Shown piece after piece: positions 7,710-15,585 of a stretch of DNA of 64,000 nucleotides; position 1 is the first letter of the stretch, and every line of letters begins with the position of its first letter. Source of the stretch: an uncultured virus (IMG/VR IMGVR_UViG_3300028832_000009) (lineage: Duplodnaviria; Heunggongvirae; Uroviricota; Caudoviricetes); IMG/VR virus record IMGVR_UViG_3300028832_000009; one strand, 5' to 3'. The notes beneath the pieces were generated by a model. It was not told the DNA's origin and ran no database searches. It saw nothing but the letters and a program-made list of their open reading frames with translations. A program made the position numbers and the translations under genes.

Positions 7710-8999
7710 TCATTCCCCGCTGCCTTTCTTGCGGAGTTCCGCCAGATCCTTGTGCAGCCGGTCAATCAAGTCGCGGTTTGCCTTGTCAGCGAGGGCCGCA
7801 TCCCTCTTCACATAGAAGTTCGTCACGCGCAGTCCGCTCTTGTGCCCGAGCGCCTGGGAGACCACGTCCATCGGCTGACCGAGTATGTTGTAGGCGTAGG
7901 TGGACCAGCAGCGCCTTGCGTGGTACGCGGAAATGTAGGGGATGACGCCACTTTTCCTCTTCCGCCGCACCTCTTCCGTGTAAGCATCCGCCCCCGCGAT
8001 GGTGAGACCTGTGCCGACCATCCGCAGCGCCCTGTTCCACCGCTTGCCGAACGCCTTGTAGTCCGACCTGCCCTCCATGAAGTTGAGCATCAGCTCCTGC
8101 CCGGAGTATTTGTTGATGATTGCCTGGGCCTCCGGCTCTATCTTGACTGACAGCTTGGTCTTGCCGTTGAGTTTCTGCGGCCAGTAAACGAGCCGCCCCT
8201 CGCGTATCTGGTCCTTCTTCACGGTCAGGAGGTCTATCGGACGGATGCCGCAGAGATAGAACGCGAGCAGGAAGAGGTCGCGGAACGGAACGAGGGATTC
8301 GTCTATCGGGCAATCAACCCAGCGCAGGAACTTGTCATAAGGTGCCACCCGCTTGTCCGGATCGGTGGTCGCCATGTCGATGCTCTTGAACGGATAGTGC
8401 GCTGCGGTCAGCTCGTTTTCCAGGGCGTAGTTGAAGATGGTGCGGAGGTTACGCAGGTACACGTTCGCGCCGTTCACGGACATCCCGTTGGTCTCCGTGA
8501 GCCATTGCTGGTACCGGCGCAACCAAGCCACGGTGATGTCGCTGAAACGCAGGTTGTCTATGTCCGGCTCGTACTTTATCAGGTTGTTCAGCGAGGTGCG
8601 GTAGATACCCTTCGTGGTCGCTTTCTTCAGCAGGGATATGTAATCCCTGTAAACCGGCAGCACATAGTCCGCGTTGTCCTGCGCATCGTTCGTGTCCGTG
8701 CCCCTTATGAGCATCGTCATTATGTCCCTGGCGGAGAACGTGGCGAAGTCCCTGCGCAGCATGATCCGCTGGAGCGCCATCGTCGCGTCGGCAAGGCGCT
8801 TGCGGAGTATGACGTTCTGGAACTTCTTGTCGGGCCGCGTGACCACCTGGCACTTGCCGGCATCCCACTCGTCCGGCTTGACGCGGATGCCGAGGGATTC
8901 ATAGACGGTCTTGTGCCGGTGCGTCAGCGCGAGTTTCAGTGTCCCCGTCCCGTCCTTGCGCGGGGAGCGCTTGTCAAAGAAGATGTATAAGTTTGCCAT
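7710..8999 (-). CDS. int: tyrosine integrase (Bacteroidetes type: arm-binding, SAM-like and catalytic domains)
   Basis: FYLCGIRPIDL (R), YHARRCW (HxxR), SQALGH, TNFY (Y); N-terminal arm domain. Confidence 0.95.
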   Translation of the reverse strand: MANLYIFFDKRSPRKDGTGTLKLALTHRHKTVYESLGIRVKPDEWDAGKCQVVTRPDKKFQNVILRKRLADATMALQRIMLRRDFATFSARDIMTMLIRGTDTNDAQDNADYVLPVYRDYISLLKKATTKGIYRTSLNNLIKYEPDIDNLRFSDITVAWLRRYQQWLTETNGMSVNGANVYLRNLRTIFNYALENELTAAHYPFKSIDMATTDPDKRVAPYDKFLRWVDCPIDESLVPFRDLFLLAFYLCGIRPIDLLTVKKDQIREGRLVYWPQKLNGKTKLSVKIEPEAQAIINKYSGQELMLNFMEGRSDYKAFGKRWNRALRMVGTGLTIAGADAYTEEVRRKRKSGVIPYISAYHARRCWSTYAYNILGQPMDVVSQALGHKSGLRVTNFYVKRDAALADKANRDLIDRLHKDLAELRKKGSGE

Positions 9000-9050
9000 A
9001 TCTCGATTGGTTTTAAGTTGTTTCTTTCAGTCACTCCAAAGTTGCAACAT

Positions 9051-9327
9051 TTTTGCAAGCATTTTGCAAGCATCCCCTCACAGAATGTCCCACAATGTCC
9101 CACAATGTCCCACGTTTGGGACACAAAATAACCCCAAAAACCAGAGGGTGTCCGAGTTTTGAGGTTATCACAACTTATTGAGTACCAATCATTTGATTTG
9201 GCGTGGGCGCAGACGGATTCGAACCGCCGACCCCCTGCTTGTAAGGCAGGTTTGCACCCTTGCAAGTATTTAGTTGTCAATAAGTTGCGCTTGCCCTTCA
9301 AAAATGCTGCAAGCAAATTGCAAGCAA
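9051..9327. other. attP region with arm-type repeats
   Basis: TTTTGCAAGCA x2 (9051-9072) and TGCAAGCAA x2 (9308-9327) flank the tRNA-derived core; AATGTCCCAC x3 (9084-9113). Confidence 0.8.
9204..9250 (-). other. attP core: 3' half of tRNA-Val(TAC)
   Basis: Minus strand CCTGC-CTTACAA-GCAGG-GGGTC-GGCGGTTCGAATCCGTC-TGCGCCCA; D arm and 5' acceptor strand absent; next to the integrase. Confidence 0.9.
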
Positions 9328-9639
9328 TCAGGATTCCCCGAGCCTTTCTTTCAGTTCCCGGATGGTCTCTTCCAGCTCGGCTATCCTCTGCAGCAGGGGC
9401 GTTTCTCCCGGTGCGATCATCCCGCCCTTGCCGGTACGCAGCCAGGCGAGGTTGACCGGGTAGTGGTCGCACAGCGACACCATCAGCTGGAGGGAAGGTT
9501 CCCTGTAGCCGGTGATGGCCATGCTCAGGGCGGAGTTCGACACTCCCAGCACCTTCGCCACCTCCGTATAGCTCTTCGCCTGCCCGTTATATATAAGGAA
9601 GTCTATGCACTTGGAAAGTCTTTCGCTGATTTCGCTCAT
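9328..9639 (-). CDS. XRE/CI-like HTH repressor 2
   Basis: SYTEVAKVLGVSNSALSMAITG...VNLAWLRTGKGGM; ATGA-coupled to repressor 1. Confidence 0.88.
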   Translation of the reverse strand: MSEISERLSKCIDFLIYNGQAKSYTEVAKVLGVSNSALSMAITGYREPSLQLMVSLCDHYPVNLAWLRTGKGGMIAPGETPLLQRIAELEETIRELKERLGES

Positions 9640-9974
9640 CTCTGCATCGAATTTTGTAACAATGTCCAGTAGTTGTCCTTCTCCTTGGTAAGCTGCTCCA
9701 CCTGCCGCTCCAGCATCTCTATCTTCATCCTGTCCTGGGACACGGATGCGGGGCAGTCCTGGAGTATCATTTCGCCCTTGCCTCTCAACAGCCATTCCGC
9801 CGAAAGGTCGCCGTAGAATTGGAGTATTTTCATAACCTTGTCAGCGCCGATGGCACTGTCGTTTTTCACAGCCTTTGAAAGCGTTCCGGCACCAACCCCA
9901 ATGTCTCTCTCGAGTTGTGCAAGCGTTGTCCCCTTGAAAATTAAAAACGCTTTAAGTCTCTTATTCATAACCAT
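9636..9974 (-). CDS. XRE/CI-like HTH repressor 1
   Basis: TLAQLERDIGVGAGTLSK...LSAEWLLRGKGEM. Confidence 0.88.
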   Translation of the reverse strand: MVMNKRLKAFLIFKGTTLAQLERDIGVGAGTLSKAVKNDSAIGADKVMKILQFYGDLSAEWLLRGKGEMILQDCPASVSQDRMKIEMLERQVEQLTKEKDNYWTLLQNSMQR

Positions 9975-10092
9975 TTACACTAAAGTGTGGGACACAAAGT
10001 GGAAAAAAATCCAAAAAACCTGTTGGACAAATGGAAAATTTTCCGTTACTTTGTTCCGTACACTACAATAAACCGCTGCAAAGATAACCAAA
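9975..10092. promoter_or_regulatory. divergent lysis/lysogeny switch region
   Basis: AT-rich gap between repressors and lytic operon; leftward TATCTTTG (complement near 10079-10088); palindromic GGAAAATTTTCC; GTGGGACA at 9987. Confidence 0.65.
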
Positions 10093-10293
10093 ATGATTGA
10101 CAAAACAAGACTTTCAGTAGATGACATCCGGCAGATCCCCGTCGGAGCAACAATGAGCTGGCGGCTCGAAAACGGCGCAGCCATCATTTCCGCGAGGAAT
10201 CTTGTTACCTACCTCCAGCGCCACGACGGCAGGAAGTTCACCACCAAGGCGGACTTTGCCGGCAATGGCTTCGAGATAACGAGATTATCATAA
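10093..10293 (+). CDS. hypothetical protein, first lytic gene (Cro position)
   Basis: Divergent from the repressors. Confidence 0.65.
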   Translation: MIDKTRLSVDDIRQIPVGATMSWRLENGAAIISARNLVTYLQRHDGRKFTTKADFAGNGFEITRLS

Positions 10294-10305
10294 ACCCATA
10301 ATACA

Positions 10306-10503
10306 ATGACTAACAAAAGACCTTCGGTGTCCCTTGACGGGCGCTATTCAATGACAGAAACGGCGGGGTTCCTGGGAGTTGACCGCCGGACCATATTCCG
10401 CTGGAGACAGAGCGGATATGTGAAATCCAGGAAATTCAAGCATTGCAACCGGCCCTTCATACTCGGCCGGGACATCATTAGAATCTACAACACATGGAAC
10501 TGA
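10306..10503 (+). CDS. excisionase-like HTH protein
   Basis: YSMTETAGFLGVDRRTIFRWRQSG, a MerR/Xis-like winged HTH. Confidence 0.8.
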   Translation: MTNKRPSVSLDGRYSMTETAGFLGVDRRTIFRWRQSGYVKSRKFKHCNRPFILGRDIIRIYNTWN

Positions 10504-10739
10504 TCAACCAAAACTCCCTCTCTGCGGCATCGCAGAAAAAAATCATCCTCGACAAACTCATGAGGGGCGAGGAACTGACATCGGCCGGGATGCTGACCGA
10601 CAAGGACATCAGGGCTGTGGACGGACGCAAGCGCATCAGCGAACTCCGCGCAATGGGCTACCCCATCAAGGACAGGGTAGGCTACAACCCCGAAACCAAG
10701 AAGCGCTTCAACATATACTATATGGAGTGCAATTCATAG
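10494..10739 (+). CDS. winged-HTH protein
   Basis: SQKKIILDKLMRGEELTS...KRISELRAMGYPI. Confidence 0.75.
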   Translation: MELINQNSLSAASQKKIILDKLMRGEELTSAGMLTDKDIRAVDGRKRISELRAMGYPIKDRVGYNPETKKRFNIYYMECNS

Positions 10740-10773
10740 AGAGTTTATCACAACTTATTAAACCAATCATACC

Positions 10774-11103
10774 ATGAGCAAAGAGAAAAGCACAAAATCG
10801 GAACTCTATGACCTCGAGAAAATGGTCAAGGACATTACCACGAAAGTCAAGGAGAAAGGCGGCTCCATCGTCATTATGGCTGGCGTTCCTGACACCGTTG
10901 GCGAAGCAGAGGGGACATCGGCCTGCGCTGCGGTGGTCGGGAATAAGGGAGACCTTTTGAGGATGCTTGCCGAAGTAGCAGCCCGACCGGATTCAATAGA
11001 CCTCGTCTCGGTCGTGGGAAAGGGGTTTCTGATGGGGACGATGGTAAGGCACCTGAGAAATGAGAAATCCGAAAAGGAACCTACCGCAGCGCCTGCGGAA
11101 TAG
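10774..11103 (+). CDS. hypothetical protein
   Basis: Co-oriented ORF. Confidence 0.7.
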   Translation: MSKEKSTKSELYDLEKMVKDITTKVKEKGGSIVIMAGVPDTVGEAEGTSACAAVVGNKGDLLRMLAEVAARPDSIDLVSVVGKGFLMGTMVRHLRNEKSEKEPTAAPAE

Positions 11104-11122
11104 TGCCCATAGTTTTAACGCA

Positions 11123-11157
11123 GAGGGGTGTGGCCTGACCGCCTATCCCCTCACCAA
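11123..11157 (+). other. conserved intergenic hairpin, copy 5 (loop CTGACC)
   Basis: GAGGGGTGTGGC/GCCTATCCCCTC followed by ACCAA. Confidence 0.65.
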
Positions 11158-11176
11158 CATGACAATACTTGACATA

Positions 11177-11273
11177 TCCGGGATAGTGTAACGGTAACAA
11201 CGCCAGGGCGGGGCAATAGAGCAGTCAATAAAACGCGCCGCTGGAGAAGAGGGTTGAACTCCCTCGCCCGGAA
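11177..11273 (+). ncRNA. tRNA-like RNA 1 with an expanded anticodon arm
   Basis: Acceptor TCCGGG/CCCGGA; D region TAGTGTAACGGTAAC; T arm GAGGG-TTGAACT-CCCTC; anticodon arm CCAGGGCG/CGCCGCTGG around a 25-nt loop. Confidence 0.7.
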
Positions 11274-11351
11274 CAAAGCCACCGCAGCGATGCGTAGGCA
11301 GCTTTAGCAAATTTATCATTAGTCATCAGCCCCGGCTCGTCCGGGGTATTT

Positions 11352-11459
11352 GGAAGTTGCAGCTCATTTGGTCGAGCATAAGATGCGGAAAACACATAAT
11401 CCATAATTCAAAAGCGCGTTCCGCACTGAAGGATAGGGGTTCGAATCCTCCAACTTCCA
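11352..11459 (+). ncRNA. tRNA-like RNA 2 with an expanded anticodon arm
   Basis: Acceptor GGAAGTTG/CAACTTCC; D arm GCTC-ATTTGGTC-GAGC; T arm GGGG-TTCGAAT-CCTC; stem TGCGGAA/TTCCGCA around a 28-nt loop. Confidence 0.75.
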
Positions 11460-11486
11460 CAAGACAATACAAACACTATCATCATC

Positions 11487-12431
11487 ATGGAAAACAAAGA
11501 AATACTCGTCGCCCCGGTGACGCAGAGGGACGGCACTTCCAATCTGGCGAGGTTCAACCGCGCCATCATGAACTCCGATATGCAGAAGTATCTCGGCACC
11601 GTACTCGGCTCGCGCAAGGAGCAGTTCGTGAACAACCTCCTTGCCGTGGTCGGCAACGACGTGAAACTCCAGGCGTGCACCCCGACATCGCTCGTGTATG
11701 CCGCCACCAAGGCAACGGCCCTGGGGCTGCCCCTTGATCCCAACCTCGGTTTCGCGTACATCATCCCCTACAAGAACACCAAGAGGGCGAAGGAACTGCA
11801 GCACATAGCCGACCCCAAGGGCGGCGCTCCCATCGAGAAGGAGGTGGAGGTTGCCACGCAGGTGCAGGAGGCCCAGTTCCAGATCGGCTGGAAGGGATTC
11901 GTGCAGCTCGCCCAGCGCAGCGGCCTGTTCGAGCACATCAACGCCGGCCCCGTCTATGAGGGAGAGCTGACCGGCATCGACAAGAAGTCCGGAGAGCCCG
12001 ATTTCTCCGGCAAGAAGGTATCCGACAAGGTAATCGGGTACTTCGCCTACTTCAAGCTGCTCAACGGCTTCCAAAAGACGCACTATATGTCCGTGGACGA
12101 GGTGCGCGAACACGCGAAGCGCTACTCGCAGACCTTCTCGTCCTCCTACGACAAGGTCAGGGCATCTTCCAAGTGGAACACCGACTTCGACGCGATGGCC
12201 ACCAAGACCGTGGTGAAACTCCTCCTCTCCAAGTATGCGCCCCTCTCCGTGGAGCAGCCGGGTATCGCCCAGCTGAAGGACGCAATCCGCACCGACCAGG
12301 GCGTGATCGACGACCAGGGCAACCCCGAGTATGTCGATGGCACCACCGATGAGCAGCAGGCCGCGGTCATCGTGGACGCAAGGAAGGAAGAACTGCGGCA
12401 GAAAGGCAGCAAGGCACCCGAACTGATGTAA
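11487..12431 (+). CDS. recT: RecT/Redbeta-family single-strand annealing protein
   Basis: LQACTPTSLVYAA...LGLPLDPNLGFAYIIPY...AQFQIGWKGFVQLAQRSG...MATKTVVKLLL. Confidence 0.93.
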   Translation: MENKEILVAPVTQRDGTSNLARFNRAIMNSDMQKYLGTVLGSRKEQFVNNLLAVVGNDVKLQACTPTSLVYAATKATALGLPLDPNLGFAYIIPYKNTKRAKELQHIADPKGGAPIEKEVEVATQVQEAQFQIGWKGFVQLAQRSGLFEHINAGPVYEGELTGIDKKSGEPDFSGKKVSDKVIGYFAYFKLLNGFQKTHYMSVDEVREHAKRYSQTFSSSYDKVRASSKWNTDFDAMATKTVVKLLLSKYAPLSVEQPGIAQLKDAIRTDQGVIDDQGNPEYVDGTTDEQQAAVIVDARKEELRQKGSKAPELM

Positions 12432-12432
12432 T

Positions 12433-14466
12433 ATGAGCAAGTACGCGAAATACACGCCGGAAGAGCTGGAGGAACACTTCTCCAATTATCTCGTAGATAG
12501 TTGGTCTTTCTCCGGCGTGTCTTGCTTTGCCCGCAACGAGAAGGCTTTCGAGATGCAGTATGTCTATCGGGAGAAAGACACCCGCAGCATCGCATCCATC
12601 GCGGGAAACGCATACCACGAGGCGCTGAAGGAGTATTTCTCCGCTTATACGGAGGGCTCCGCCCCGGCGGTGGTGGACCTTACGAAGATCGCCTACGACT
12701 ATCTCGACGAGGTGCCGGCGAACGAGTGGCGGCTCTCCAACAAGTTTCCTTCCGTGGAGCAGGCGAGGGCCGAGGCCGACCGCGTCGTGAACAACCTCCT
12801 TGAATCGTTCTGCGCAGAGGTGAGCACCTATACCGATGACATCGCCAAGGTGCTGGACGTGGAGGTGCGCTACGACGCCTGGGTGACGGTCAACGGCGTG
12901 GACATTCCCCTGCCGCTGCATTGCGTCATAGACCTCGTGGTGGAACTCAAGGACGGGCGCATCGTAGTGATAGACCACAAGAGCAAGAGCGCGTACACCG
13001 AAGAGAAGGAGCTGGCCCTGGCACACGGACAGCAGGCCATAACCTACGTCCTCGGCTGGGAGGCGGCCCATAAGGGAGACTGCGTCTCGGAGGTGTGGTT
13101 CATAGAGAACAAGATTGCCAAGAACAAGGACGGAAGCGCCCAGATGCGCAAGCACGTTTTCACTATGGATGCCGACAACCGCAGGCTGTTCGAGGCCCTG
13201 CTCTACGAGCCGCTGCGACGGATGCTGGAGGCGGTATCCGACCCTGACTACATATATACTATCAACCCGAGCGATAACTTCACCGACATGGCCGTCCTCT
13301 ATGACTTCTGGGCAAGGACGCAGATCTCGGAGATAGACGACTTCGAGTTCGTGCCGGAAGAGAAGAGGGAGCTCATAGCCAAGCGGCAGCGCAAGATAAA
13401 GGATTCCTCCATAGGCTCCATCGCACCGAAGGCCATAACCACCTTCCGCAAGAACGCCGCCGCATTCATCACACTTGATTATTCACACTCCAATATGACA
13501 CCACAGGAAAAAATAGAACACGTTCTGCGTACTTTCAACATCAAGGTGCAGGTCGCCCACTTCATAGAGGGATTCTCCTGCAATACCTATCTCTGCGAGG
13601 TCGCTCCCGGCGTGGAGCTGCTCTCCATCTTCAGGCATTCGCTCGACATAGCCAACGCCCTTGACGTGCCGAGGGTGCGCATTCAGGGCGAACCGCTGGT
13701 AATGTACGAGGGTAAGTCCTACCTCGCCATAGAGGTGACGAAGAAGAAGGACTGCGAGCCCCTGCTCTGGGATGCCAAATACACCAAGGGCCACAAGCTC
13801 GCCCTGGGCATGGACAACTTCCGCAACGTGATCGTGTGGGACCTGGACAACAACACCACCCCTCATTTGCTCGTGTGCGGCGCTACCGGCTCGGGAAAGT
13901 CCGTCCAGCTGTTCACCATACTCTTTGATGCCATCCAAGCCGGCATTCAGGACATAACCATCCTCGACCCGAAATATGAGTTCGCCATGGCACAACTCCC
14001 GAAGAATGTCCGAGTCCTTTCCGACATCGAAGATATTGAGCGGGCCCTGGCAGACATGGTGGTTGATATGAACGAACGGGTAAGGATGCGCCTAAAACAC
14101 CTATCGCTTGTCATCTTTGACGAGTTTGCCGATGCCGCCGACCAGAGCCGTGGCCCGAAAGAGCTGGAGCCGGGCGAGAAGTCTCTTATGGAGAACTTCA
14201 AGATGCTGCTGCAGAAAGGGCGCTCGGCGGGGTTCCGCTTTGTCGCAGCCACGCAGAGGGCTTCGGTTAAAACCATTCCCGGCGACATCAAGGTAAACCT
14301 CCCGGTGCAGATCTGTTTCAGGGTGCCGAAAGGACTGGACTCCAAGGTAGTGCTCGACACCGAGGGCGCAGAGGCTCTCGCGGGACACGGAGACGGACTT
14401 ATCCACTCTCCGGAATACAATGACGGACTTGTCCGTTTCCAGGGATTCTATAAACCACAGGATTAA
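12433..14466 (+). CDS. fusion of a PD-(D/E)XK nuclease and an FtsK/SpoIIIE ATPase
   Basis: N-terminus: WSFS, GNAYHEAL, EV, IDLV...VIDHKS, QAITY. C-terminus: FtsK alpha-like segment, PHLLVCGATGSGKS, VIFDEFAD, AATQRAS, GAEALAGHGDGL. Confidence 0.9.
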   Translation: MSKYAKYTPEELEEHFSNYLVDSWSFSGVSCFARNEKAFEMQYVYREKDTRSIASIAGNAYHEALKEYFSAYTEGSAPAVVDLTKIAYDYLDEVPANEWRLSNKFPSVEQARAEADRVVNNLLESFCAEVSTYTDDIAKVLDVEVRYDAWVTVNGVDIPLPLHCVIDLVVELKDGRIVVIDHKSKSAYTEEKELALAHGQQAITYVLGWEAAHKGDCVSEVWFIENKIAKNKDGSAQMRKHVFTMDADNRRLFEALLYEPLRRMLEAVSDPDYIYTINPSDNFTDMAVLYDFWARTQISEIDDFEFVPEEKRELIAKRQRKIKDSSIGSIAPKAITTFRKNAAAFITLDYSHSNMTPQEKIEHVLRTFNIKVQVAHFIEGFSCNTYLCEVAPGVELLSIFRHSLDIANALDVPRVRIQGEPLVMYEGKSYLAIEVTKKKDCEPLLWDAKYTKGHKLALGMDNFRNVIVWDLDNNTTPHLLVCGATGSGKSVQLFTILFDAIQAGIQDITILDPKYEFAMAQLPKNVRVLSDIEDIERALADMVVDMNERVRMRLKHLSLVIFDEFADAADQSRGPKELEPGEKSLMENFKMLLQKGRSAGFRFVAATQRASVKTIPGDIKVNLPVQICFRVPKGLDSKVVLDTEGAEALAGHGDGLIHSPEYNDGLVRFQGFYKPQD

Positions 14467-14468
14467 CT

Positions 14469-15248
14469 ATGAGCAAAGCAATCTATAAGCCGAAGGGTAA
14501 GGCTGGCGAATACGCCGAATGGGCCTGCAACCTCTATGTGGGATGCAGCAACAACTGCTCCTACTGCTATTGCAAGAAGGGCGTCCTCTCCCACGCGATG
14601 GGTGGGCCTGTCGCCAAGCTGAAGTCGTGTTTCAAGGACGAGGAACACGCCTACGAGGTGTTCAAGAAAGAACTCCACGAGAATCTTGACGAACTCCGCA
14701 AGTCCAGCCTCTTCTTCACCTTCTCCAGCGATCCGATGATTCCGGAAACAAGGAATTTGAACGCGGCTTGCATTAGATATGCTATTCAAAACGGTGTGTG
14801 CGTCCAGGTGCTGACGAAGAATGCGGATTTTGCGTATAAGCCGTTCGTTGATTTGCTTTGCTTTAAGGACAAGAAGGATATGATTGCGTTCGGTTTCACC
14901 ATCACGGGCCGCGATGATATGGAGCCGGGAGCATCTACCACCGCGGAACGTATCGTCTCCATGCATATGCTTCATCGTTTAGGCTTCCGAACCTTCGTGT
15001 CCTTGGAGCCTGTGGTCAATCCAGCCCTCACGTTATCTATTGCATATAAGATTTACCCCTTCTGTGACTTGGTTAAGGTTGGCCTTATGAGCGGCGTTTC
15101 CCTCTCGTACTATAATAAGTCGGAAGTGCAGGAGATGACCGATACCATCAAGGCGTTGTGCAAGAATGTGTACCTCAAGCACAGCTTGACAGACTATCTC
15201 GGGCTGCCGGCAGAGAATCCTATCGACATCTTTGAAATTCAGAAATAG
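14469..15248 (+). CDS. radical SAM protein (spore-photoproduct-lyase-like)
   Basis: NLYVGCSNNCSYCYC (CxxxCxxC), SDP, VLTK, VSLEPV. Confidence 0.88.
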   Translation: MSKAIYKPKGKAGEYAEWACNLYVGCSNNCSYCYCKKGVLSHAMGGPVAKLKSCFKDEEHAYEVFKKELHENLDELRKSSLFFTFSSDPMIPETRNLNAACIRYAIQNGVCVQVLTKNADFAYKPFVDLLCFKDKKDMIAFGFTITGRDDMEPGASTTAERIVSMHMLHRLGFRTFVSLEPVVNPALTLSIAYKIYPFCDLVKVGLMSGVSLSYYNKSEVQEMTDTIKALCKNVYLKHSLTDYLGLPAENPIDIFEIQK

Positions 15249-15282
15249 TATCTACAGAATTAACCATAAATCCAAACGCATT

Positions 15283-15585
15283 ATGAAAGAGCACAACATC
15301 GGAAAGAAAGTTATCATCCGCGCAGACCGCGCTGGCGTATTCTTCGGCACCCTCGTCCGCAAGGAAGGCCAGGAGGTGGAGCTGAAGGACTGCCGCCGCA
15401 TCTGGTACTGGGACGGGGCCGCAAGCCTCTCCGAGCTGGCAGTGTCCGGCACCAACCGCCCGCACAACTGCAAGTTCACCGTAACGGTGCCGAGCATCGA
15501 GATCCTCGGAGTCATCGAGGTCATCCCCTGCACCGAGAAGGCCATCGAGAACATTGAAGGCGTAGAGGTATGGAAGAGGCAGTAA
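15283..15585 (+). CDS. conserved phage hypothetical protein
   Basis: KVIIRADRAGVFFG...RRIWYWDGAASLSELA, a pattern common in phage proteins. Confidence 0.8.
   Translation: MKEHNIGKKVIIRADRAGVFFGTLVRKEGQEVELKDCRRIWYWDGAASLSELAVSGTNRPHNCKFTVTVPSIEILGVIEVIPCTEKAIENIEGVEVWKRQ

Noticed and set aside
9204..9250. Functional tRNA-Val gene
   Set aside because: The 5' acceptor strand and D arm are missing, and its position next to the integrase indicates an attP core
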